Assembly: GCA_964468735.1 (NCBI GenBank)
Contig: CAYXVS010000001.1
Location: forward strand, 1-45,358
Reading direction: 5' to 3'
Length of the DNA: 45,358 nt
From: an uncultured Anaerolineales bacterium
GTDB taxonomy: Bacteria; Chloroflexota; Anaerolineae; B4-G1; SLSP01
Part shown: piece by piece, positions 23,435 through 31,241 of the stretch
Numbering within the stretch: position 1 is the stretch's first letter
Layout: every line of letters begins with the position of its first letter
Position numbers and translations under genes: made by a program
Notes under the pieces: generated by a model
What the model was told of the DNA's origin: nothing
Databases searched by the model: none
What the model saw: only the letters and a program-made list of their open reading frames with translations

Positions 23435-23550
23435 CCGTTCAACCGCACCAAGGAGGTGATCATCCAAAGAGATACCCCAACATTAGCCGGATGACGAAGC
23501 ATCGTAAATAAGCCGTGCGAGAATCTACATTTCACCATGTTCCATTCCCT

Positions 23551-23569
23551 ATGTATCCATATGTATCCA
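23551..23569 (+). promoter_or_regulatory. Direct repeat ATGTATCCA x2 (period 10) just upstream of the BMP lipoprotein RBS
   Basis: ATGTATCCAT ATGTATCCAA at 23551-23570, followed by TGGAGGAG and the ATG at 23585. Confidence 0.5.
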
Positions 23570-23584
23570 ATGGAGGAGAAAAAG

Positions 23585-24601
23585 ATGTTACGCAAACGCT
23601 GGAGTTTGATGCTGGTAGTCTTAACTATGTTGGTAGCGAGCGTTGGATGTGCGCCCCAGGGCGGCGGTGGCGGCGACGAATCGGGAGTCCCCTTCATCTA
23701 CGCGACCTTCGCCACGCCCATCGAGGAACCGTGGGACGGCGTGATTCACGAGGCGCTGCAAGCGGCCGCCGATGCCGGTGAGATCCGCTACGAATGGACG
23801 GATGACATCGGCTACGCGGGCGATATGGAGCGTGTGCTCCGCGAGGTGGCCGAGCAGCAAAAGCCCGATGCGATTTTTGGCGACGCCTTCGGCAACGAGG
23901 AAGCCGTGCGCCGCGTCGGGGCCGAGTATCCCGACATCGCTTTCGTCTTTGGCTCTGGCCTGGGGCCGGCGGAGCCAAATGTCTCCGTCTTCGATAACTG
24001 GATTCACGAGCCGGCCTACCTCTGCGGCCTCATCGCGGGCGGCATGACGGAATCCAACGTGATCAGCGTCGTAGGCGGCCATCCCGTCCCGGAGGTCAAC
24101 CGCATCGTCAACGCCTACATCGACGGCGTGAAAGAGGTCAACCCCGATGCGGAGGTCTTGGTGACCTTCATCAACAGCTGGTTCGATCCCGCCGCCGCGA
24201 AGGAAGCGGCCCTGGCGCAGATCGATGCCGGCGCCGATGTCCTCTTCGCCGAGCGATTCGGCGTCATCGAGGCCGCCGTGGAGAACGACCTGTGGGCCTT
24301 CGGCAATATGAGCGATCAGTACGAGCTGGGGCCAGATCACGTCCTGACCGGCCCGGTTTGGGATATGGGGCCGACCGTGGAGTATATCATCCAACAGATC
24401 AACGCCGGTTCCTACACCGCCCAGGACCTCAAGGATTTCAGCATGATGGGCAAAGGCGGCGCCCGCCTCGCGCCGTATCATGGCATGGATGAGTACATCC
24501 CCGACGACATTTTAGAATTGGTGGAGCAACGCCAACAAGAAATACTTGATGGCCTCTTCCGTGTGAACATCGATGAGGCCGCCCCCGCCCCAACCAACTA
24601 A
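23585..24601 (+). CDS. BMP-family (PnrA/Med-like) nucleoside-binding lipoprotein of an ABC importer
   Basis: The ORF track starts at 23537. ATG 23585 is preferred, because GGAGGAG lies 7 nt upstream and it yields the signal peptide MLRKRWSLMLVVLTMLVASVGC. The body matches the BMP family (EPAYLCGLIAGGMT, VVGGHPVPEVNRIVNAYIDG, DAGADVLFA). Confidence 0.85.
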   Translation: MLRKRWSLMLVVLTMLVASVGCAPQGGGGGDESGVPFIYATFATPIEEPWDGVIHEALQAAADAGEIRYEWTDDIGYAGDMERVLREVAEQQKPDAIFGDAFGNEEAVRRVGAEYPDIAFVFGSGLGPAEPNVSVFDNWIHEPAYLCGLIAGGMTESNVISVVGGHPVPEVNRIVNAYIDGVKEVNPDAEVLVTFINSWFDPAAAKEAALAQIDAGADVLFAERFGVIEAAVENDLWAFGNMSDQYELGPDHVLTGPVWDMGPTVEYIIQQINAGSYTAQDLKDFSMMGKGGARLAPYHGMDEYIPDDILELVEQRQQEILDGLFRVNIDEAAPAPTN

Positions 24602-24617
24602 CTCAATAAGCTCGATC

Positions 24618-24660
24618 TCCCTCTCCCCGTGATGTTGATCATCACAGGGAGAGGGATTTT
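24618..24660 (+). terminator. Intercistronic stem-loop/attenuator between the binding-protein and ATPase genes
   Basis: TCCCTCTCCCCGTGATG (24618-24634) / CATCACAGGGAGAGGGA (24640-24656). 17-bp stem with one mismatch and a 5-nt loop, followed by TTTT. Confidence 0.7.
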
Positions 24661-24682
24661 AAATTAAGCCATAGGAGGCCCT

Positions 24683-26230
24683 ATGCAACATATCGTCGAT
24701 ATGGAAGCTATCACCAAGCGATTTGGGCCGGTGGTGGCCAACGATCACGTGGATTTCGAGCTGCGCCCTGGCGAAATCCACGCGCTGCTGGGCGAAAATG
24801 GCGCGGGCAAGACCACGCTGATGCGCATCCTCTACGGTCTCTATCATCAAGATGAGGGCGAGATCTACGTCAACGGCGCGGCCGTCGAAATCCACTCACC
24901 CAAGGACGCGATCGCGCAGGGCATCGGGATGGTGACGCAGCACTTCGCGCTCGTGCCGCCGCTGACGGTGGCCGAAAATGTCGTGTTAGGCTTCACCGAC
25001 AGCTTCCGCCTCCATCGCGCCGAGACGGAACAGCGCGTGGCCGAGGCCGCGCATGCTTTTGGGCTGGATATCGCCCCTGGCGCGTTGGTGCGCCACCTCT
25101 CCGTGGGGCAGAAGCAGCGCGTGGAGATCCTCAAAGCGCTCTACCGCAACGCGCGCGTGCTCATCTTAGATGAGCCGACCGCAGTTCTGATCCCCCAGGA
25201 GGTCGACGTACTCTTCAAGACGCTGGAACGCCTGCGCCGCGATGGCCTCTCGGTGATCTTCATCAGCCACAAATTGGACGAGGTGATGGCGATCAGCGAC
25301 CGGGTGACCGTCCTGCGCGATGGCCACGTCGTGGGCACCGTCCCCACCGGCGCGGTGACCCCATCCGAACTGGCGCGGATGATGGTCGGGCGGGAGACCT
25401 TCGGCGTGACCCGCTCGTCGGAGGCTGCGCCGACGCAAGGGCCGCCAATGCTGGAGATGGCGGAGGTGTGGGCGGCGGACGAGCAGGACTTGCCCGCGCT
25501 CAAAGGGGTGGATCTGACTATCCAGGCCGGGGAGATTTTGGGCATCGCGGGCGTGGGCGGCAACGGCCAGACCGAGTTGGCCGAGGTGCTCAGCGGCGTG
25601 CGCCCCGTCACCCAAGGGCGCATCGTCGTCAGCGGCGCGGAGATGACGGGCGCATCACCGGCGCAATTGAGCGCCGCCGGCGTGGGCCGCATCCCGGAGG
25701 ATCGCCACGAGGGCCTCGTCGGCGAGTTGACCGTGGCGGAGAATTTAGCGCTGGAGCATCTGCACACCTTCGTCCAGGGCGGGCGCTTGGATCGGCAGGC
25801 CATCCGCGCGCACGCCGAGGCGCTGATCGACCAATTCCAGATCAAGGCGCGGCCCACAGATCGGACGCGGACGCTTTCCGGCGGCAATATGCAAAAGCTG
25901 CTGCTGGCGCGGGTGCTGTCGCGTCAGCCGGAGGTCGTGATCGCGCCCCAGCCGACGCGCGGCCTAGACGTGGGCGCGACGGAATACGTGCGACGTCAGT
26001 TGTTGGAACAGCGGGCGCGCGGCGCCGGCGTGCTCCTGATCTCCGAGGATCTGGATGAGATTCTGGCGCTCTCGGATCGCATCGCCGTGATGTACGAGGG
26101 CGAAATCGTCGGCGTGCTCCCGGCGCGCGAGGCCGACGTGGAGCATCTGGGCTTGATGATGTCGGGCGCGGTGCGTCAGACGCCCAAAACAGCGGCAGCA
26201 ACACAGAAGCAAGGAGCCGAGCCACTATGA
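24683..26230 (+). CDS. ABC importer ATPase with duplicated NBDs (sugar/nucleoside type)
   Basis: 515-aa ORF. Walker A GENGAGKTT and GVGGNGQTE, signatures LSVGQKQ and LSGGNMQK, Walker B LILDEPT. Confidence 0.9.
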   Translation: MQHIVDMEAITKRFGPVVANDHVDFELRPGEIHALLGENGAGKTTLMRILYGLYHQDEGEIYVNGAAVEIHSPKDAIAQGIGMVTQHFALVPPLTVAENVVLGFTDSFRLHRAETEQRVAEAAHAFGLDIAPGALVRHLSVGQKQRVEILKALYRNARVLILDEPTAVLIPQEVDVLFKTLERLRRDGLSVIFISHKLDEVMAISDRVTVLRDGHVVGTVPTGAVTPSELARMMVGRETFGVTRSSEAAPTQGPPMLEMAEVWAADEQDLPALKGVDLTIQAGEILGIAGVGGNGQTELAEVLSGVRPVTQGRIVVSGAEMTGASPAQLSAAGVGRIPEDRHEGLVGELTVAENLALEHLHTFVQGGRLDRQAIRAHAEALIDQFQIKARPTDRTRTLSGGNMQKLLLARVLSRQPEVVIAPQPTRGLDVGATEYVRRQLLEQRARGAGVLLISEDLDEILALSDRIAVMYEGEIVGVLPAREADVEHLGLMMSGAVRQTPKTAAATQKQGAEPL

Positions 26231-27294
26231 CCTTCCTCAAAGATAAATTTGTCCTGGAAAAAGTGACCTCACCGCCGGTGTGGATGCGCACCTTGATCCC
26301 CGTGCTGGCGCTCGTGGGTACCTTTATCCTCACCTCCGGGCTGATCCTCCTCTCTGGCGCGAATCCGCTGGAGGCCTACTACTACTTCCTAGTCGCGCCG
26401 CTCTCGACGCGCGTGGGCGTGTTGGAGGTGCTGGTGACCGCCACGCCGCTGATTTTGGCGGGCGTCGCGGTGACCTTCGCCTTCTCGGCGGGCTACTACA
26501 ACATCGGTGCGGAGGGGCAACTCTACGCCGGCGCGATCATGGCCGCGTGGTTGGGTACCGTGCTGGCCGGCGTCCCGTCCATCCTCGCCATCCCCCTCAT
26601 GCTGTTGGGCGGCTTCTTGGGCGGGATGGCGTGGGCCTTGATCCCGGCGCTCCTGCGTGTGAAGATGGCCGTCGACGAAGTGGTGACGACGCTGCTGCTC
26701 AACTCCGTGATGCTCTACATCGTCAGCGCGCTGTTGAACGGCCCCTGGCGCGATCCCGAATCGGGCTGGCCCCAATCCCCAGAGATCGAGATGTGCACGC
26801 GCCTGCCGAAGCTGATACCACGCTCACGGCTCAACCTGGGCTTCGTCATCGCCCTGCTCGCGCTGCTGATACTGTGGTTTGTGCTCACGCGCACGGGCTT
26901 CGGCCTGAAGATGCGGGCCGTCGGGCTGGGCAAGGCGGGCGCGCGCTTCGCCGGCGTCGAAGTGGAGCGCACGGTGCTCACCGCCGCGCTCATCAGCGGC
27001 GGCATAGCGGGCATCGTGGGCGTCTGCGAGGTGGCGGGCATTCAATTCCACCTCACCGGCGAAATCTCCCCCGGCTACGGCTATACGGGCATCATCATCG
27101 CCACGTTAGGCGCGCTGAACGCGCTGGGCGTGGGCGCGGCGGCGCTCTTCTTCGGCCTGGTCGATACGGGCGCGCAGACAGTGAGCCGCGCACTGGGCGT
27201 CCCGGTCTATTTGGGCGAGATCACCCAAGCGACGATGCTCCTGGTCACCCTGGGGATGTTCTTGCTGCAACGTTATCGCATTCGGAGGGCGTGA
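26227..27294 (+). CDS. ABC importer permease 1
   Basis: 355-aa polytopic ORF. It overlaps the ATPase stop by 4 nt. Typical BPD-2 type permease hydrophobicity. Confidence 0.85.
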   Translation: MTFLKDKFVLEKVTSPPVWMRTLIPVLALVGTFILTSGLILLSGANPLEAYYYFLVAPLSTRVGVLEVLVTATPLILAGVAVTFAFSAGYYNIGAEGQLYAGAIMAAWLGTVLAGVPSILAIPLMLLGGFLGGMAWALIPALLRVKMAVDEVVTTLLLNSVMLYIVSALLNGPWRDPESGWPQSPEIEMCTRLPKLIPRSRLNLGFVIALLALLILWFVLTRTGFGLKMRAVGLGKAGARFAGVEVERTVLTAALISGGIAGIVGVCEVAGIQFHLTGEISPGYGYTGIIIATLGALNALGVGAAALFFGLVDTGAQTVSRALGVPVYLGEITQATMLLVTLGMFLLQRYRIRRA

Positions 27295-28214
27295 TGGATA
27301 CATTTTTAGTCAACCTAATCGCGGCGACCTTACGAGTCGCCACGCCGTTGTTGTTAGCGGCGATTGGCGAGACCTACGCGGAGCGCGCGGGCATCCTGAA
27401 TCTGGGCATCGAGGGCACGATGTTCTTCGGCGCCTTCATCGGCTTTCTCGTCGGGGATCTCACCGGCTCGCTCTGGGTGGGCCTGCTGGCGGCCATCCTC
27501 AGCGGCGCGTTAGCCGGCCTGTTGATGGCGCTGCTCTCCGTCACCTTGGGCGTCAACCAGCACGTCTCCGGCCTGGGCATCACCCTGCTGCTGAGCGGAT
27601 TGGCGCTCTTCGGATTCCGCCTGCGCTACGGTGGGCGCTCGACGCCGCCGTCCATCGATCCATTTGGACAATGGGCGCCGCTGGCCAACGTGCCCATATT
27701 GCGCGTGCTCTTTCAACAGTACGCGCTGACCTACATCGCATTTCTCCTAATCGTGCCGCTGGCGTGGTGGCTGCTCTACCGCACCAGCTTCGGCCTCAAG
27801 ATCCGCGCGGTGGGCGAGAACCCGGAGGCCGCCGACGCGGCGGGCGTCAACGTCTTCGCAATCCGCTACCTGGCGCTGATGATCGGCGGCGCGCTGATGG
27901 GCGCGGGCGGCGCGTTCCTCTCCATCGCGCAGTTGGGCGCCTTCACCCACGGCATCATCGCCGGGCGGGGATGGGTCGCGCTGGCGCTGGTGATCTTCGG
28001 CAACTGGGACCCGCTCAAAGTGATGGGCGGCGCGTTGATCTTCGGCGGGACGTTTGCGCTGCAACTGCGCCTCCAGGCGATGGGCCTGCAACTCCCCGTC
28101 CCCTACGAGACCTTCTTAGCGCTGCCTTATCTGGTGACGATTGTCGCGCTGGTCATCGCCGGGCGGAACGCTTCGTATCCGGCGGCGCTGCTCCAGCCCT
28201 ATCGCCGGGAGTGA
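27294..28214 (+). CDS. ABC importer permease 2
   Basis: The real gene is the in-frame 3' part of track ORF 26280-28214, starting at ATG 27294 (MDTFLVNLIAATLRVATPLLLAAIGE...). Its start shares one nucleotide with the TGA of permease 1. Confidence 0.85.
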   Translation: MDTFLVNLIAATLRVATPLLLAAIGETYAERAGILNLGIEGTMFFGAFIGFLVGDLTGSLWVGLLAAILSGALAGLLMALLSVTLGVNQHVSGLGITLLLSGLALFGFRLRYGGRSTPPSIDPFGQWAPLANVPILRVLFQQYALTYIAFLLIVPLAWWLLYRTSFGLKIRAVGENPEAADAAGVNVFAIRYLALMIGGALMGAGGAFLSIAQLGAFTHGIIAGRGWVALALVIFGNWDPLKVMGGALIFGGTFALQLRLQAMGLQLPVPYETFLALPYLVTIVALVIAGRNASYPAALLQPYRRE

Positions 28215-28269
28215 TGGAGACGAGGTATATCGCGAACAACAGCTCTGGAGTCAAACAAGATAGAACATC

Positions 28270-29232
28270 ATGACCTCTAATCACAACAGACGAAACAAAT
28301 ACGAAAACTATCGTCTCAACCAGGTGACCAAGAGTGAGTTCTTCCATCAGAAACTTCACGAGTACGGCCTGTTGGAGATTGCCTATGCCATCGAGAGCGT
28401 GAAAGGCGAGGAACTGACGTGGGACAGAGAAGCCTTGGCCATTTCCCAAACCGCCTGGAACAAGATCATCCACCGAGGCATCAAGCCCGTTCGCGTCTTC
28501 GCGCATCCCTGGGTCTTGATCAACGTCGATAGATCCGTCGGCTACTATCAAAAGCTGGCGCTGGTCTCTCTCAAATCGATGATCAACATCGGCTTGACCA
28601 TCACGAGATATGAGACCGGTCGCAACAAGCGGCCAATAGATGAACAAAAGGCCCGCGATGTTGCTCGACGCCTCAACGAACTGATCAGCCGCCTTGTCGA
28701 ATCCGACGAAGAGATTGATCCCAGAGAATTCGACCTATGGCGTGGGATGACTGCCGGATCAACAGCGCAAGGCTCCTGGCAAAACGCAAAAGGAGATCGG
28801 ATGGAGGATGTCATCAAGGGGATGATCCGCCGCCGAATTCAGGACAAAGGCCTATTGCTCGCGCAAAGTGACGACGAGCGGGAGTTGCATCTCAAAGATG
28901 GCCGCCTCCTCGTGTGTGATAGTGAGCCGGATTTGGCCTTCTACGACTACGAAAAAGCACGTCACATCCTCATCGCCGTCGAGATCAAAGGCGGCATCGA
29001 CACCGCCGGCGTCCTCGAGCGCATCGGCGCAGTCATCAAGAGCCTGAGCCGCGCGAAACAGGACAATCCCAACGCCACCACCGTGCTTATCATCCCCAGG
29101 GTATCAATGACGGAGCAAGCCGAGCTTGAGCTGACCATCCATCAAGATGACATCGATCATTGGTTCGCGGTGGAAGATGTGCTCAATCAGGACAACGTCA
29201 GGCAACGGCTCTTCAAGATTTTGGGGATATGA
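28270..29232 (+). CDS. PD-(D/E)xK nuclease, type II restriction-endonuclease-like (possibly XcyI-like); no adjacent methyltransferase
   Basis: 320-aa ORF. Catalytic-looking SEPD(221)-x16-E(238)-I-K(240)GGID. G+C is visibly lower than in the flanks. The family assignment is from memory and not verified. Confidence 0.6.
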   Translation: MTSNHNRRNKYENYRLNQVTKSEFFHQKLHEYGLLEIAYAIESVKGEELTWDREALAISQTAWNKIIHRGIKPVRVFAHPWVLINVDRSVGYYQKLALVSLKSMINIGLTITRYETGRNKRPIDEQKARDVARRLNELISRLVESDEEIDPREFDLWRGMTAGSTAQGSWQNAKGDRMEDVIKGMIRRRIQDKGLLLAQSDDERELHLKDGRLLVCDSEPDLAFYDYEKARHILIAVEIKGGIDTAGVLERIGAVIKSLSRAKQDNPNATTVLIIPRVSMTEQAELELTIHQDDIDHWFAVEDVLNQDNVRQRLFKILGI

Positions 29233-29256
29233 TAAAAGCTGGGGTGCACAGACAAA

Positions 29257-29913
29257 ATGACAATTCAAAGCAGCGATCAAATTGGGGATACGATTCGTAA
29301 AGCGATGGTGTTCAACATCAACAACTGGCGTGAGGCGCCGATGAACGCAGATTCTCTTATCCAAACGGTGCAGGATTTCTTCGCGATTTTAGAGCAGCGC
29401 AAGATCGACTATGTTCTGGTGGGCGGCATCGCGCTGTTGCAGTACGTCGAAGGGCGCAATACGGAGGATCTGGATTTGCTGATGGCCGTCTCAGCGCTGG
29501 ATAAGCTGCCAGAACTGAAGATCGACCGCCGGGATATGTACTTCGTACACGCCCACTACGGTGATGTACCCATCGACATCCTCCTGACGCAAAATCCGCT
29601 GTTCAGAGAGGTGCAACGTCAATATACGCAAGTCAAGCATTTCCTTGATCGGGACATCACCTTGGCGACGGTGGAGGGCCTGTTGTTGCTCAAGCTCTAC
29701 GCGCTGCCCTCGCTGTATCGCCAGGGCGATTTTGCCCGCGTCGGCCTCTACGAAAATGACATCGCGACGCTGCTCCACTATTATCAGCCCGACGTCTCCA
29801 AATTATTAGACACGCTAGCCGCCTACGTCAGCGCCAACGATCTAGCCGAGATCAAGAGCATCGTCGAGGACATCCAGCACCGACTCAAGCGATTTAGGGA
29901 CAAATCACGATAG
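29257..29913 (+). CDS. Pol-beta-fold nucleotidyltransferase (MNT/DUF2204-like)
   Basis: 218-aa ORF. VLVGGIALLQYVEGRNTEDLDLLM fits hGG-x12-DhD. The later ATVEGLLLLKLYA...ENDIATLL is typical of small MNT-like NTases. The start is uncertain (alternative Met17 or Met29). Confidence 0.6.
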   Translation: MTIQSSDQIGDTIRKAMVFNINNWREAPMNADSLIQTVQDFFAILEQRKIDYVLVGGIALLQYVEGRNTEDLDLLMAVSALDKLPELKIDRRDMYFVHAHYGDVPIDILLTQNPLFREVQRQYTQVKHFLDRDITLATVEGLLLLKLYALPSLYRQGDFARVGLYENDIATLLHYYQPDVSKLLDTLAAYVSANDLAEIKSIVEDIQHRLKRFRDKSR

Positions 29914-29993
29914 GTCTCGATTTAGAAAATGCGGTGGAACGCGCCACCGTAGAAATCACACAATCACCATTGAAGCCACGAAAGGAGTCGACT

Positions 29994-30399
29994 ATGACAA
30001 ACCTACGCAAAGTTGAAGGCATTGGCGAGCAATATGCTCAAAAGTTAGCGGAGGCAGGCATCAAGACGACGGAAGCACTCCTGAAGAAGGGCGCCGATCC
30101 CCAAGGACGGTAAGGAGATCGCCGAGACGACCGGCCTCTCGCCGAAGCTGATCTTAGGCTGGGTAAATCGCGTCGATCTGTTCCGCATCAAGGGCGTGGG
30201 CGAGGAGTACGCCGACCTGTTAGAAGTCGCCGGCGTGGACACGGTGCCCGAACTGGCCCAGCACAATCCCGGCAACCTGTACCAGAAAATGGCTGAAGTC
30301 AACGAGGAGAAGAAGTTGGTGCGCCAACTGTCCACCGAAGCCAAGGTCGCGGATTGGGTCGCGCAGGCCAAGGAACTTCCGCGCAAGATCACGTACTGA
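29994..30399 (+). pseudogene. DUF4332 (tandem helix-hairpin-helix) gene interrupted by a 1-nt frameshift
   Basis: ATG 29994 (AAGGAG 7 nt upstream) gives MTNLRKVEGIGEQYAQKLAEAGIKTTEALLKKGADPQGR, then TAA at 30111-30113. The +1 frame from 30112 continues KEIAETTGLSPKLILGWVNRVDLFRIKGVGEEYADLLEVAGVDTVPELA...PRKITY to 30399. Together these form one typical DUF4332 protein. Confidence 0.75.
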
Positions 30400-30450
30400 T
30401 GTGTCCCCCTCGCCATTTTAGACGATGAGAATGGACGAGAGCTGTAGAGA

Positions 30451-30482
30451 AAGGCGCGGTCCATAAGGACCGCGCCTTTTTT
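30451..30482 (+). terminator. Strong intrinsic terminator after the DUF4332 gene
   Basis: AAGGCGCGGTCC-ATAA-GGACCGCGCCTT followed by TTTTTC. Confidence 0.85.
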
Positions 30483-30517
30483 CTACCAAATTATGTGGAG
30501 AGCACAAAGAGAATCAT

Positions 30518-31003
30518 ATGTCTAAGAAAGCAACGATGTCCATTGAGCGGATGGCGCATCTCCTCCAGGCGCGGGGATGGCGCTTGGCGGTGGCGGAGTC
30601 GGCGCCGGGCGGGGAGTTGGGCGCGAGCATCGTCGCGCTGCCGGGCAGCTCGGCGTACTTCTGGGGCGGGGTGATCGCCTACGCCAACGAGGTCAAGGTC
30701 GGGATGTTGGGCGTCCGGCCGGCGACGTTGGCGAACTGGGGCGCGGTCAGCCCGCAGGTGGCGTGGCAGATGGCGGCGGGCGTCCGGCGCAAGCTGGGCG
30801 TCGAGGTCGGCCTGAGCATCACGGGCATCGCCGGCCCGACAGGCGCGACGGCCTACAAGCCGGTGGGCCTCTACTACCTCGGCCTGGCCGTCCCCGGCGA
30901 ATGCCGCGTCTGGCGTCACCGCTGGGAGGGAGATCGCGCCGCGAATAATCACGCCGCCGTCCAGGCAGTGGTCGAGCATCTGGTGGCGTATCTGGAAGGA
31001 TAG
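30518..31003 (+). CDS. pncC: CinA C-terminal domain / nicotinamide-nucleotide amidohydrolase PncC
   Basis: 161-aa ORF. LAVAESAPGGELG (family consensus AESCTGG), GGVIAYANEVK, LSITGIAGPTG. Confidence 0.8.
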   Translation: MSKKATMSIERMAHLLQARGWRLAVAESAPGGELGASIVALPGSSAYFWGGVIAYANEVKVGMLGVRPATLANWGAVSPQVAWQMAAGVRRKLGVEVGLSITGIAGPTGATAYKPVGLYYLGLAVPGECRVWRHRWEGDRAANNHAAVQAVVEHLVAYLEG

Positions 31004-31088
31004 ACAGAACGAAGTGACGTGAGAAAACGTATTGCGTAATATATGTTGCACAATGTATTTACAAACTGCGACGAGACACCCCAAATGG

Positions 31089-31125
31089 AACAAGCCCCAT
31101 CGGTGTGATACCGACAGGGCTTGTT
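31089..31125. other. Symmetrical compound hairpin abutting repeat copy 3
   Basis: AACAAGCCC-CA-TCGGT-GTGAT-ACCGA-CA-GGGCTTGTT. 9-bp outer and 5-bp inner stems. It lies in the convergent gap between pncC and the MBL-like gene. Confidence 0.7.
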
Positions 31126-31221
31126 TAGGCCGTTCCAAGAAAATAAACGTCCCAAAAACGAGTGGTTTTCTGAGGGAAAAGTATCAGGTTTGGGAGGTTT
31201 CAAATCCTGGAACTACCTTAG
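31125..31221 (-). repeat. ~96-nt palindromic interspersed element (MITE-like), copy 3 (reverse orientation, more diverged)
   Basis: The reverse complement reads CTAAGGTAGTTCCAGGATTTGAAACCTCCCAAACCTGATACTTTTCCCTCAGAAAACCACTCGTTTTTGGGACGTTTATTTTCTTGGAACGGCCTAA. Confidence 0.75.
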
Positions 31222-31241
31222 TCGAACTCCCGAAGTTTTTA

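Noticed and set aside
23491-23511. Mini-ORF ATG ACG AAG CAT CGT AAA TAA (MTKHRK) as a leader peptide
   Set aside because: No SD lies at functional distance, no attenuator structure follows, and a 6-codon ORF is expected by chance.
26280-27293. First 338 codons of the 644-aa track ORF 26280-28214
   Set aside because: This part is an Arg/Gly/Pro-rich out-of-frame shadow lying entirely inside permease gene 26227-27294. Only the portion from ATG 27294 has membrane-protein character.
30105-30115. Programmed +1 frameshift (prfB-like) at CGG-TAA-G in the DUF4332 gene
   Set aside because: The P-site codon CGG cannot re-pair in the +1 frame (GGU), and the SD-like AAGGA is not at prfB-type spacing. 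A mutation or assembly indel is the simpler explanation.
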